A stretch of 60,312 nt of DNA, filler included, from Dimargaris cristalligena (GCA_003614675.1; 4 parts of 4 records of this genome joined end to end with filler, not necessarily neighbours in it); one strand, 5' to 3'; shown: positions 48,401 through 60,312, numbered from the whole stretch's first letter. Translations and numbers: made by a program. Notes: generated by a model from the letters alone, not told the origin.

Positions 48401-49602
48401 AGGTGGGGAGGAGTTGGAAGGCCACCCAGCCAGGATTTAGAAAGGGAAGCAAGGGTTAAGAAAGATAGACGAACCCTAAAATAGCAGACTGTAACAGAAT
48501 AAGGCGAGGATCCGCGTTGCTAGCAGTGGTGGCAAGATGGGTGTGTACAGCGGCGTTGACTGCCCTGAGCCCACCCCATCGCTGATTTGCTGAAGATGCC
48601 AATGCGGATAGAAGGACACTCTCTCACTGCAACTTCCCCCCTTAAACGCTCTCAGCCGCTACCGCACTATGCCAATCCCACCCGTCTCACTTCAGCCGTC
48701 CCTCGATGGTCCCCTATTTAGTCATCGGCGCTCGCTGGCCGACGGCGACTCTCGTCTAGATAATAATAGCCTGTCCTGAGTGAGCCTCTCCCCACTTTCT
48801 TTTCCCTGCTCTGATTATATGCAGTTACCCCAATCTTGGCTTGGGCCTTACACTGTCCACCGCATACACTCACCCACAGGTCATTATATGCATCAACGCG
48901 CACAGCCGGCCTGACCCCCGTTAAATAGTTCGCCGCACAGCAATCCTCCCCTCTTTGCCCCCTTCTTTCTACTTTTGCCATTCTTTATTATCCTTGCTCC
49001 GTCTCTTTGCTGTCTGGTTATAAAGCTTCTCTTGCCTACTCCTGAGTCTTTCTAGTGTTAATTCATTTGGTATTGCCAATGCTCTATTGCATGGTTAAGT
49101 GTCTCGTCGTCCGTTATATTTATCTGTCTACAGCTGCTGTTTAGCCTACTTCTTCACCTTCGCTTCCCTGGACTAGTCCTTCATTAATGTCTCCCCGCCC
49201 TTCCCCTCACTAATTCCGTATCGGCTCCCTATCCCTAGATATTTTTTTCGGTTTTGCTGTTCCCAGGCCCGTCTTGTGGACTTCCTTATTCGTACCAGTG
49301 TGGTCCCGTCGGTTTTCTCACCTTATTTTCTATACCCAGTCTGACCCTCGCGCGTGAGGCCGTTTCTTTTTAGATACCGTTCCTCCTGTCGTATCGCCTA
49401 TCCCACCGGTTTGTCCTCTCGTATCGGCGGGGTATAGGTATACACCCGTCCCGTTGCCTTTGGTACTTATTCACCCTTCTCTCTACTACTCTTCACCTAC
49501 TCTGCACACACCTCTCTTCCCTTATCCAGCCTGTCATATATATATTCCTCGGCCTAAGTCGCCATTCCACATACCCCCTCCTCCTTATCAACTGCATCTG
49601 CT

Positions 49603-52600
49603 ATGGAGGCTTTTCTCAAGTACACCTACCAGGAGCTCCAGCCGCGGTCACGCGCCCCACCCAAGGCCTCCAACAAGTCCCGTCCCGTGTTTCAAACTCC
49701 GCCCGCCACCCAGCTATCGGGGCCGACCGAATACGAGGCCGTTATTTCGACCTTGAAGGCCGCCGTCCCCCGTAACGACTCCCCTCAACCCAGCCATATC
49801 CCCCTACGGCCACCGCATCCAGTTGTATCGTCCAGTATCCCCTTGGTATCTGCCAGTTCACCACCGCCACTACCTCTTCCTGAGCCGCAGTGCACCGAGG
49901 GCCGGTTCGACGACACGGCTGATAAGAAACCTAAATTCGGCTTTTCGACCTTCACCCTATTCCGCAAAAAGAAGCGGCAGCTGCCCAAAATTCAGATGCC
50001 ATTCACTGAGGACACACCTATGAATCGCCTCCCCCCAGTCGATAGCGACCCTTCGGATAATTCGCCAAACCCTGAGACGCGACCGGCCCAGTACACGGAC
50101 ACCATCACCCGCGCTCCGGCGAACCACCGTGGCCACAACAATCAACCCTTGGTCCATGCCTGGGTTAATAGCCACTCAGACTCAATCAATGAAGTTCAGA
50201 TGGCGATAGAAGATAACCGCGATCGTCCCCAAGATCGACCATCCAGGGGTGGAGCTGTGCTTCTTAAGGCTAAAGCCTCTGCTCCCAACCTATCGGCTGA
50301 TTCACGCCCTAACCCCGTTGATCTACTACCGGCCCCTCCACCACTGTCGATTCTATCAACTTCAGTAACACCCACCCCTTTAGATCCAGTTCATAACCCA
50401 CCAGTGCCCCTGACCAAGCCCCTTGCGTTGGGCCATGTTATTGAATCAAACCACCCCTACCGGCGCTCCCACCGGTACAGTCGTTCTGTAGGGGGTAGCT
50501 TCTCTCGGTCAATGAGCACATCGGTCGACCCCCGCATGGCTAGTCGTACGTCCTTTATTGCCACGCTCCCCAAAAATGCCCAGGACGCCTGCGTCGGCTA
50601 TGAACCCGCCAGTGTAGCCGCCACCACTCGGGCCCGGAGTACTTACCATCAAAAGCGCTCCGCCCTGTTCAAAAGGCTGGGCTGGTTTGCCATCGATCTC
50701 GACCACGGGCGCGATATTGTGCCCAAGCTCTCGGGGGCTTTCATGGACGCCCTTCAGGTTCGGTTCGTTTCCCTGGATACCCCAGCCTGGAAATTGGCCT
50801 CACTTAGTTGGGAGGATGCCGAGTCCCAGTATATTCCCCATGACGCATTACTGAAACACATTCGGGACCCCCGTTCCGATTCACTGTGTTCTCCCACTGC
50901 AGGTTTGTTGATACTCAGCAAGAGCGTCAAAATCCATGGCCCGGCTTTGGTCAATAACCAACCCCCCATGTGGTGGTCCGGCGACATTGAAGATGCGGAC
51001 TTTGAGGAATACTACGAGGTACTCATCAAAGGGGGCAAGCCCCGGCGACATCTCAAAGCGGCCAGTTTGCGGGCGCTTGTGTTCCGACTCGCATCCCCCC
51101 ATGAGACGGACATTGAATTCATGAACGATTTTCTACGCGGCTTCCGCTTCCTAGCCCACCCCGTCGATGTCCTTCGGCTACTCATTGTGCGCTACCTGCA
51201 CTGTGCCTATGCGGCCCAATTCACGTCCGAACGACTCCGGCCTAGCTGGGCCGCCGGCGGCTCTGATTCCGGTGCCCCTAGTCCTATCTACAGTACCTTT
51301 CCCGGCCGTCCCACCCCCGTTACCGCCATGGATCATCAGCGCCCCATCATCCAAATCCGGATCCTCAATGTGATTAAACGCTGGTTCGATCATTATCTGG
51401 ATGACTTCAAAAAATTCACCGATCTCTCCAACCTGCTTATCCTATTTCTGGCCCACATCCAGTTCGATCCACGCCGGAGCAACTTTGTCAAGACGATGCT
51501 AGCCAAAGTACGGGCCCAGACCGACGTGGTGGTGGAAGATATTCTGCACTTTGCCTATCCCGGTTCGTTGCCCATCGGGTTGTGTCGGAAGGAACTCGAT
51601 GCCTTATCACTGGCCTCGTCAAATGGGTCGCAGTATATGTCCGCTGCCGACCTCAGCCAATCCGCTTATTCAGAACATGGTCTGGAGTCTACCTTATGCG
51701 ACAGCAAATATAGCTTAAGCTCCGCCGGTGGGGATGAGTCCCTCACCGGCCGGTCTTTGGTGATGGACACCAATATTAAACCGGCTCCCGGTTATAAACG
51801 CCTATTCTTCGGCTCCAAACAGCGCAAGCTGGCGGCCCCGTCCGGGAAAGTATACCCGTCCTCGGGTCTTAGTCGCGCTAATAGGAACATTGCCCACCTA
51901 TCAGTATTAGATATGGAGCCCAAGGAGCTTTTCCACCAGCTTACCTTGATGGAGCACACCATGTTCCGAGCCATCTCGATTGACGAGTTTTGCCACCATG
52001 GAAAGTGCAAGGATTCGGGAGAACGCCAGGCCCTGGCCCCAAAACTCAATAACCTCATTCGCTGGTTCAATCGGATGGCCATATGGGTGGCCAAGCAGAT
52101 TCTGACCGCTCTTGAATTGCCCGACCGGATTCGGCTTGTGCAAAACTTCATCCTCATCGCTCACCAGTGTCTCATCTGGCACAACTATAACACTTGCTTT
52201 GAGATTGTGAGCGGCCTCACGCTGTCATCGGTTAAGCGCTTGCATCAAACGTGGGCCGGGGTGTCCAACAAGTCGCAGATGATGCTCAACCAACTCAACA
52301 CAATTATGTCCCAACGGCCCAATTATAAAATGTACCGAGCCTGCCTCCGCGGGGTCTGGGACACCAATGGCGTCGGGATTGATGTAAGTGACGATTCCAC
52401 TCCAACGAAGTCCACGTTTGGGGCGGGAAGCAGCCGGTTTGACAACCTGATTGATTTTCAGGTCGAGTCCTCCGGGGTGCTACACATGGGGAGCCATGTC
52501 GCCATGCTGCCCTTCATCGGAGTCCATCTGACTGACCTGCTCTACTGCGATGAGGGCAACGTGTCTTATATTGACCCCAGCCGTCTTAACGAAGCCTACC

Positions 52601-53571
52601 CCGTGGCCGTAGGTAGTAATACCCTTGTATCAAGTAGCTCAATCGCCCGGTCCATTGGCAAAGGCTCCTTGTCGGGTAGTACCCAGCCGCGCACAAGCCA
52701 CAGCAGTGGGATGGCTCATATCTCTCTCATGACCCCCAACTCGGCCAACAGCTCAACGGCTAGCAATCGTAGTGATATGCTCACCTTAGCCCTGGTATCC
52801 CCGAGTTTCCATATTACGCAAAGTTTCAATTCGCACATGCGGGCCTCCACCCGGCCTTCTCGTCTGGTGACACCATTATCCCCGGCTGTCAAAGATCCGA
52901 TGTGGTCCCCGACTTCCACCATATTCAAAGCCCGTGATGACCTTTCCGACGGCCTACCTATAGGCTGGTGGTACGGCTCCAACGTCGTTGGATCACCCAA
53001 AACCCAAGTGCTCCACTTCGCCCAAGTTCCCCTGGTCAACTGTTCTAAATTACGATTAATGAGTGCTATGTTGCAGAAAATTCAGGCGGCCCAGCAGAAC
53101 AAGTACCCCTTTAAGGAAAACGCCGCCGTTCAATCCTGGATCCGCACCGAAGTGGATCATATCTTCCATCGTCAAATCCTCCCCGCCACTCCTTTCGCTT
53201 TCCAGTCCCTGCACACTCAACGAGTTCCGGTTCGAATTATCCCTAATATCCACAGTCTAAGCAACTTGGAAGGGCTGAATGATCACCATCATGTACTACC
53301 CGGTCAACCCAGTGTTTCCCTTCAGCCTCAACCCACCACAGCGGCTACCTGGTCAGCCGCGACCGCTCCCACTGCCGCCATAATTTCGGGTTTTGCTATG
53401 CAGCGCAATAACACCGAAATGTCGACCCTCTCGTCATCTTCAACTTGCGTTGACAGTCGATCGTCGATGCAAATTACGCCGTTCACCTTTGGCAGCTCCG
53501 ATAGCTTCTCGACCAAATTTGTGGGAGCCGGCCTACCTCCCCCCCCCTCCGCCGTCCGATACCCCCTGTGA
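49603..53571 (+). CDS. Ras guanine-nucleotide exchange factor (REM + CDC25 domains); true end probably 53659
   Basis: REM: LKAASLRALVFRLA, RILNVIKRWFD. CDC25: PKELFHQLTLMEH, NYNTCFEIVSGL, LPFIGVHLTDLLYCDEGN, LVNCSKL. Confidence 0.92.
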   Translation: MEAFLKYTYQELQPRSRAPPKASNKSRPVFQTPPATQLSGPTEYEAVISTLKAAVPRNDSPQPSHIPLRPPHPVVSSSIPLVSASSPPPLPLPEPQCTEGRFDDTADKKPKFGFSTFTLFRKKKRQLPKIQMPFTEDTPMNRLPPVDSDPSDNSPNPETRPAQYTDTITRAPANHRGHNNQPLVHAWVNSHSDSINEVQMAIEDNRDRPQDRPSRGGAVLLKAKASAPNLSADSRPNPVDLLPAPPPLSILSTSVTPTPLDPVHNPPVPLTKPLALGHVIESNHPYRRSHRYSRSVGGSFSRSMSTSVDPRMASRTSFIATLPKNAQDACVGYEPASVAATTRARSTYHQKRSALFKRLGWFAIDLDHGRDIVPKLSGAFMDALQVRFVSLDTPAWKLASLSWEDAESQYIPHDALLKHIRDPRSDSLCSPTAGLLILSKSVKIHGPALVNNQPPMWWSGDIEDADFEEYYEVLIKGGKPRRHLKAASLRALVFRLASPHETDIEFMNDFLRGFRFLAHPVDVLRLLIVRYLHCAYAAQFTSERLRPSWAAGGSDSGAPSPIYSTFPGRPTPVTAMDHQRPIIQIRILNVIKRWFDHYLDDFKKFTDLSNLLILFLAHIQFDPRRSNFVKTMLAKVRAQTDVVVEDILHFAYPGSLPIGLCRKELDALSLASSNGSQYMSAADLSQSAYSEHGLESTLCDSKYSLSSAGGDESLTGRSLVMDTNIKPAPGYKRLFFGSKQRKLAAPSGKVYPSSGLSRANRNIAHLSVLDMEPKELFHQLTLMEHTMFRAISIDEFCHHGKCKDSGERQALAPKLNNLIRWFNRMAIWVAKQILTALELPDRIRLVQNFILIAHQCLIWHNYNTCFEIVSGLTLSSVKRLHQTWAGVSNKSQMMLNQLNTIMSQRPNYKMYRACLRGVWDTNGVGIDVSDDSTPTKSTFGAGSSRFDNLIDFQVESSGVLHMGSHVAMLPFIGVHLTDLLYCDEGNVSYIDPSRLNEAYPVAVGSNTLVSSSSIARSIGKGSLSGSTQPRTSHSSGMAHISLMTPNSANSSTASNRSDMLTLALVSPSFHITQSFNSHMRASTRPSRLVTPLSPAVKDPMWSPTSTIFKARDDLSDGLPIGWWYGSNVVGSPKTQVLHFAQVPLVNCSKLRLMSAMLQKIQAAQQNKYPFKENAAVQSWIRTEVDHIFHRQILPATPFAFQSLHTQRVPVRIIPNIHSLSNLEGLNDHHHVLPGQPSVSLQPQPTTAATWSAATAPTAAIISGFAMQRNNTEMSTLSSSSTCVDSRSSMQITPFTFGSSDSFSTKFVGAGLPPPPSAVRYPL

Positions 53572-54922
53572 GTTTGTCCAGGTGGGCGACGATCCTGAAG
53601 AGTGGGAGTCTTGGCTACATAAGCTCTCGCGTCATCTTGAACCACCCCTCAATAATTAATCGAGGAGTGCGCGGTGATTGACCTTTCTCGCTGGATGGCT
53701 TTAGATCTCCTCATGTGGTCTGCGTAGCGCCTAATCAAAAACGATCACGTCGTTCCATATGGTCGAACGGCAATCAATTTTTTTTTATACAAAAATTATC
53801 TTATATTACTAATAATTACGACCTGTATCTAATAGCCGTTATAATTTAGTCGACCACCTGCTACCCTTCCCTATATCACTACTATTTTCCGACCATTTCC
53901 CCATTTGATTAGAATTAACACGTACTACCCTCTATTGGACATAGTCTTCTACCCAGTCTATTCACCATTATTCTGCTAAATGTTCATTCCCCCATAATCC
54001 TTTAATTACTGTCACTCCTGGAAGGCGCGTTAGCAACCATCGCGAGGAAACCAGTTCCCACCAAGCCCTGTTATTATTAATGTTATTTTGGTGATTTTCC
54101 GAGTGGTATTACCCCATTGAAGTATTTTGGCGGCCTACTCTTGTCTCCTTGATGTCTTGTTGGATTTCACTGGATTTCCAAACTTTCCGTCCATCTACTG
54201 GGTCCTTCATCGACTAATCATTGGCTAATCCCCCTCACTGTCACCCCTCTCCTACCTCTAGATCGTAGGTTTCGGTTATATTTGTCTTAATTCATGTCCA
54301 TTTCTGTATCACCGCCCTTTCCTACTTCTCACCCTATTATTCCTGTAATTTAACAGTGTTACTCTAATACATTATGCGTGATGGTAGTTTCCGGGGAAAT
54401 CTTTATCCGATGTTGCAATGGCTTCCTCTCTACCATTTAATTTTAATAAAATAATGCTCGACTATACAGTGTCGCAAATTTATACTTCGCCTTATGAAAA
54501 GGTGACCGTAGTTTTAGTTCAAATGGGGTTATCACAAGTTATTGTAAGTGCCGAATTATTCCTGGGTGTTCATTCAAAACCCGGCCGATATAAATCGTCC
54601 ATAGGGAGCGATCCAACTAGTTTGGACTAAGTAACCACCGTCCTGATTTTCTTTGCACTACCCCATCCGTACTGGGTTTGCCATGGCAGCCACATTGCAC
54701 CCACTATAGCGTTGCTGGAGATACCTCTATGATTCGTTAGAGGCAAATTGAGCTCAAATTTCCGGGTTATGGTCAAGGGTTATCGAGGTTTACGGATACC
54801 TATTTTATTGGATTAGGTAAACAATGGTTCAATATTAAGTGCCATCATATGCCAAATTAGCCCAGAAACCCCCTGACAAGTATTCTATCCAATCATAAAA
54901 ACTAGCCTATAAATGTAGATAT

Positions 54923-55058
54923 GGGAGAAGTTCATCCAAGCTGTATAACGAAGAATCCATTTGATGAGGCAAGTACTATTGGTTGAAAATAAACATCCCA
55001 CCAATTTTCCTATACATATATCGGTTAAAACCTTATACAACCAAGCTGAACTTCAACC
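54923..55058 (-). mobile_element. ATAT-flanked MITE, copy 6
   Basis: ATAT-GGGAGAAGTTC...GAACTTCAACC-ATAT, 136 bp. Confidence 0.85.
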
Positions 55059-58000
55059 ATATGTACAAAGACTAACCCTGGAAGTAGAAACAAGGACTGC
55101 TAATCGGTAATAGCTGATGGGGTCATTTGGTATTACCACCGAACGGTATAGCCCCTCATATCTGAGCCCCCCTTGGATCGGCTATCCTCTCCAATATTTA
55201 CCACCAACTAGCCGTCTGTCTCAAACACAGCGATGACAATTCTAGTTCAATCCCACTATTTATTCTAAAGACTTCTTATTGAGTTTTGACACTGAGTCCC
55301 GCCGCCATCTTACATTTAGATATAACAAATGACCATTGAACCTTCCGCTAGCTTTACAGTTATCCAATGTTGGAGACATTGCGGCAGAGTGTCCAATAAT
55401 AATAAACATGTGATTTAGGCCATTGGGGCCTGGAGGAGGACGCAAAATAGGGAACATACATTGGCATAGGAAATGGTGCCTCGGCCCTCTCTAACTGTGC
55501 ATGGGGCCAAAAAAAAAAGAGCCATTTTTGGCCCTGTAAATACTGATATCCGACGAATATTGGCAACCATCGGTGAGAAAGGCGCGTACTTCCGTAGTAA
55601 CACTTATATTGATAGGTGGAAATATCTCTTTGCAACATCATATTAAAATCGGAGGGCTATAGCGAAAACTAGGGTCACCACCGTGTCAATGCTTTAAAAG
55701 ATATTGTTTTATTTTTGTAAGGGTAGCCGGCCATTCTCTGGGCCTGAAGGAATATGACCTTGCCTATTTGGATTAAATAGCCAGATACTGAACACATTGG
55801 AAGCACGAAGTGATGGCCTACTTACTGGACTGTCATTCTTATGTCGACCAGCCATATTCTAACCACAGGTTAACCTATACCGTTTGACCCATAGGATAGC
55901 CACCCTTACTTAAATACAAATGAATAATTTTCATTAAATAAAACCCCAGAAAAGAGTCGACTACATGAGGTCCGAAAGTGGCCCTCATCAATACGTTATC
56001 CTCCAACTTGAAAATTCCCGAAATGGGTGGCCATTGGGCTCACTTAAGGTGCCGAACTCATTTAATGGTTAAACCAGTAAAACCTAGCCAGCCCCCTAAT
56101 CTGAAGTAATGGGTGCCCCCCCCCCCTGTCAACTCTGGGTGGTTAGTAAATACCGTCAGGTCGTTGCGGTTTAAATATACTACCATATGGGAAAGCGGAA
56201 CATTAGCACAGACGGAATAGTCGTGGTTTTAGGGGGTTTAGCTTTTCCAGCCAGTGGGCCGCTTTCTCCCAGCGGGTTTCTTGCAGACAATAGAAGATGG
56301 CATTCACGAACCCCTAGGGTCGTCGGCCAAGGGGGCCCCTCCAACAGGTAGGTTCCCAATTTGGTGTTGCTACTCTTAACAGCCACGATAAGCATCGGTC
56401 ACAGATGTGCCCCAGGGAAACCATTTTCCCGAAGTTGGGCGACAGGGCGGATACCGCCCGAGCTATCCCTGCCCTACTATGGCCCCCAACGATCATACTT
56501 ATAGACGACTGCCAGGATCCCACTATGGTAATAGCTCTTATAGAAATCAATTGAACGGCGACTTGCTAGGATTCTATCACCCATGGCTGCTAAGCCCGTG
56601 GTATTGGGGTACAGGTCAATTAAGATTTGGTGCAGCACCTGAGTGGGTCGGTTAACGTGCGGCGGGATAGGGTGTCCAGGACCCCGAGTGAGACTGACCA
56701 CTATGTTGTCGAGTTGTTCCAAGGTGGTCAGTTAGGCCCAGAGGGCGATATACACCACGGGGGAACAGGAGTCCTTCATACCCCCCCCCCCCCATCGGCC
56801 AATATCTCCATAAGGGGCAGTCCTTTTAAACCCTGAGTCAGGTGTTCGAGTTCCGGTCTAAACGTAACGCGGTGCTGCAGGAATTGGGGTTACAAGTCCA
56901 GTCATTCATACCAGAGGTAACATGGACTTCTCCCGATGGGGCTTTTCCAGCGGCAGCTAACATTTTCCATATGTGTGGGCATAGTATTTTGGCCAATGTC
57001 CAGCCACAGGTCCTACGAATATGTGATTAACTTCCCCGACCACTTTCTGATAAGTTACTCGGAAGCGGGCTGACCTGGCCCAAAGGACCGAACAGCAACA
57101 CAATAGCCATTGTGGTTTTCTGCATGGCCAAATTGACGACAGTAAGGGGGTTGAGGGGGGAGGTGAAATGACTGGGACGTCAAGGTCCCCGAAAAAACTG
57201 CAACAAAGAATGACCTGGATTTAGGTGAAGTGTAGTCAGAGATAGCATAGGAAAAATAGACGGGGAAAGTGGAATAGAGGAAGTAATGATAGGGCTGGTG
57301 ACCGACCGAATAGCCCTGTATAAGGTTGGCAACACCCCCAGCCGAATAGTGTACGGTATAGAGCGCTGCTAACCCATTACTACTCATGGCCGTAGTAGCC
57401 ATGGAAAAAATAATCCAAAGGATACCCGAACCCACCTCCCTCACGGATTAGGAATTCATAGTCGCCTCTATTCCCTTGGTCATCTTTAGGGGCTGCTCTA
57501 TAGGTAGCGTCGCCGGGTGGTTGGCGAAGCGGATAGTTAATGCTCTACAAGGCTTTGGGGGTTAGCGGGACGAATTACTCCCTTTTGACATAGCGAAGCC
57601 CTATGCTGCTAACCAGTGGCTAAACTATTGGCCGATAAGGCCCCGATGTTGTTGTTAGAGACGGATGTGCAAATTATTTTAGAGGCGGAAACCACCCTGC
57701 GGCATGGTTCTCGCCTCTAAAATGAGAATGGCGCCGAGCCACTCAACACATATTAGAGGACTGATTAACAGCGAAAACGGGAGGAGTGAGATGTAGCCAA
57801 GTGCAACTCAAAATATTACCGCCAATGATTCTCTCGATTTTATGCACCACTAGTAAAGAGTTGCTAGGCAGACCCTTCCTCCACAGAGGCAGAGGCAGCA
57901 AATGGGCCATTTGTTTTACGCTCTTCCCTCTGGTATAAACTGCTGACATTTGCTGTATACATTAGGCGCTAGTTGGTTTGACTGCATCAATTGGCCCGTT

Positions 58001-58103
58001 ATTTTTCATTGTTAATTTCTTCCGTTTTTTATTTACATTTCTACCTCTCCCTACCATTTGGTTGTCCTATTTTATTCTCTTTACCCTCTAACTTTCTCGA
58101 GCC

Positions 58104-59057
58104 ATGGCCCAACCCGAAATCCACGTTCGTCTACCCCCCACCATGGGAGGAGGGGACAGCTCATGTGACACCGGTGACTATGGCGTACCGCGTATGGTTT
58201 GCCTGGACCCCCAAACCCTAGGCTGGTCGTCCGCGGACCTCACCGTGCTGGCCCTCAAGTCCTACCTAACGTCCCGCTTCGACCTACCCGGTCCCTCCGA
58301 ATTGCGCCTCACTACCCTCGGCGGCCTCCCCCTAGCCGACGGCTATTGTCCCCTCCTGGCCGACCGGACCCTGCCCCCCTCCCCCTTCTGGGCCTGTCAA
58401 GTCTCCCTACCCCTCCGGGGTGGTAAAGGGGGGTTCGGGAGCATGCTCCGCGCCCAGGGCGGCAAAATGGCCACCCACAAGACCACCAACTTCGACGCAT
58501 GCCGAGACTTGTCCGGCCGCCGCCTCTTGGCCACCAAGGAAGTCGATGCGACGCTGCGCCAACTGGATCTGGCGGATGAACTGGCCATTAAGCGGAAGGA
58601 CCGCATTCGGAAGCGGATCCAGAAGGGCCTGCAGGAACCCGTGGAAAAGAAACACCGCTTCGACGACCCCCACTACTTTGCCAAAACCGAGACGATTGCG
58701 CAAAACGTTAAGCTGGCCGTCCGCAAGGCCGTTCGACAGAGTGATAAGAACCGCCAGGTGGTGGAGGGTCGGTCCGAAAGCCCGTCGACGTCGCCTTCTT
58801 CATCTTCGTCTTCGTCATCATTGGCATCGGCAGCATCATCTGACGCGGTGACCACATCGAAAGCGACCCCGCCGACCTCTTCTGAGTCGTCGGTTTCGGA
58901 GGCCTTGTCTCCTTCACTGCCAAAGACAGCCAAAACTACCACCCCTAAACCCACTGGTTCACCGACCCCTACGGCCGCGGGGGTTCTATCCCTCTGGGAC
59001 AACCCGTCGGATTTGGACTGCTCGTCAGATTCCGACAGTGATACTCCGGCTTCCTAA
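58104..59057 (+). CDS. SDE2: SDE2 ubiquitin-fold-activated splicing factor
   Basis: Cleavage signature LRGG/KGGFGSMLRAQG followed by TTNFDACRDLSGRRL. Confidence 0.93.
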   Translation: MAQPEIHVRLPPTMGGGDSSCDTGDYGVPRMVCLDPQTLGWSSADLTVLALKSYLTSRFDLPGPSELRLTTLGGLPLADGYCPLLADRTLPPSPFWACQVSLPLRGGKGGFGSMLRAQGGKMATHKTTNFDACRDLSGRRLLATKEVDATLRQLDLADELAIKRKDRIRKRIQKGLQEPVEKKHRFDDPHYFAKTETIAQNVKLAVRKAVRQSDKNRQVVEGRSESPSTSPSSSSSSSSLASAASSDAVTTSKATPPTSSESSVSEALSPSLPKTAKTTTPKPTGSPTPTAAGVLSLWDNPSDLDCSSDSDSDTPAS

Positions 59058-59711
59058 TCCGTGCCCCTTTATTCCGGTTAGACGGTACTGTATTACTGTA
59101 AAGTGCAGGAGAGGAAAAATTTAACTAAATGCCCGATTCCTTTACCGGTTGCAACTCCATTATCAATGGATAGCACAGTTCCTACAGTCATATTCCTTTA
59201 TTATACCTTGTAAAACCCATTATCCATTAAATATTCATTAGTATCTTATCCGTTTCCTTGTAATATCCCCCTCATTTAACAAGAACGGGGACAAAGCCAA
59301 CCATTTGGTTATTATTTCTGAGTGTATTACTTATAGCTCTAATTTTCATTTATCCATTCACCAATGCAATTTCTATAGACTTATTCTCCATTTAACAACC
59401 CCAACAGACCCATCTCAAAGAATATATCCATTTGACTTCGTCCAAACGAATGCAACCAACGATGCCGACTCCCGAGTATCCAGTGTTTACCACCTCTTCT
59501 TCTTTCCCTCAATATACTCAAACCCCACAGTTCTGATGAACTAGGGAACATCATGTTTGCAGTTAAGGGTGAAAGATAAGTAACATACTATCATCTTCTA
59601 TCTAATCATTTTTTATCATCCAGTTTGAAGTATTAATTATTGTATTTATTTTTATCTATGATATCATCAACCAGGCCATCCACTCTTGGTTAATTAAGAA
59701 TCCTAGGAATA

Positions 59712-59775
59712 TGCTGGCCACAGACTACTAGTATCCAGAAGAATCTATGAAGAACTAGATGAGTCTTTGGATTAA
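59712..59775 (+). repeat. Fragment of LTR family A
   Basis: CTGGCCACAGACTACTAGTATCCAGAAG...GAGTCTTTGGATT resembles 33041-33104 and 520-581. Confidence 0.45.
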
Positions 59776-59782
59776 ACTATAT

Positions 59783-59918
59783 GGGGGAACTTTAAACCAG
59801 CTGTATAAGGGTTTACATAATACATGTATGGGTTAATATATGTGAGAATAGCTTTTAACCAGTAATATTGGCCTCATCTAATGGATTTTTCATTATACAG
59901 CCTGAATGAACTTCTCCC
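59783..59918 (+). mobile_element. ATAT-flanked MITE, copy 7
   Basis: ATAT-GGGGGAACTTT...GAACTTCTCCC-ATAT, 136 bp. Confidence 0.85.
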
Positions 59919-60252
59919 ATATGTAAGTAGCAGGAAGGCAGGGGCAGGCCTGGAAAGATATAATAAATGGTCCCATGGTACTAGGTAGAGCCATTGGGAA
60001 CTGTAATATAGCCTAATAAACCCTTGTAGAGTTATGGCTAACTCAGCTAGATTAATCTGGGTTAACAGGTATAACATTAGATATTAGAAACCAAGAAATA
60101 GACCATTCCAAATAGTTAGAAATAAATAGAAGGTACCAATATCCTGGGGATAGCTTCAGTATAGGTACCCTTACCTAATGTTAGTCAGGGGCCTCAGGGG
60201 TGGCATACACATGTTTTAAATTATTATGATATAGCCAAATGGCCATAGTAGT

Positions 60253-60312
60253 ATTAGTGTGGTGAACTTACCACATTTTTTACCTACTTTTATTTTTAAT
60301 CCATTTTTCGCC
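60253..60312 (-). repeat. Second copy of the Helitron-like terminus
   Basis: Reverse complement of ~15144-15206. Confidence 0.45.

Noticed and set aside
53568..53581. GTGAGT...CAG micro-intron to rescue the RasGEF frame
   Set aside because: Only 14 nt, and removing it does not reach the frame with the LEPP motif.
56830..56870. tRNA-like GTTCGA motif
   Set aside because: No cloverleaf. No convincing tRNA or rRNA was seen in the window.

Overview
The window is four unrelated ~15-kb contigs (1-15023, 15124-30138, 30239-45231, 45332-60312) joined by artificial 100-nt N/TTAATTAATTAA spacers. The DNA is from an intron-containing fungus, by inference an early-diverging non-Dikarya lineage. Recognisable genes: a PCTP-like START protein, MED18, exportin-1 (CRM1), mevalonate kinase (ERG12), an F-box-like/ankyrin protein, a G-protein gamma subunit, U5 snRNP 40-kDa WD40 protein, the 3' end of an ABCD3-like peroxisomal transporter, a large RasGEF and SDE2. 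Between them are AT-rich, almost CpG-free repeat zones with a solo-LTR family (5-bp TSDs), a nested second LTR, seven copies of a ~136-bp ATAT-targeting MITE and several pseudogenes whose stops fit C-to-T changes at CpG/CpA. The most notable observations are: two tandem secreted Gly-rich proteins with a PrP/Shadoo-like layout (one has GAAAAGAVVG, identical to human PrP 114-123), a RIP-like mutation signature, the ATAT-specific MITE with an empty-site comparison, a RasGEF whose conserved C-terminal helix is in another frame after a C9 run, and a cryptic Cys-rich pre-pro-peptide. All calls were made by eye without database searches.
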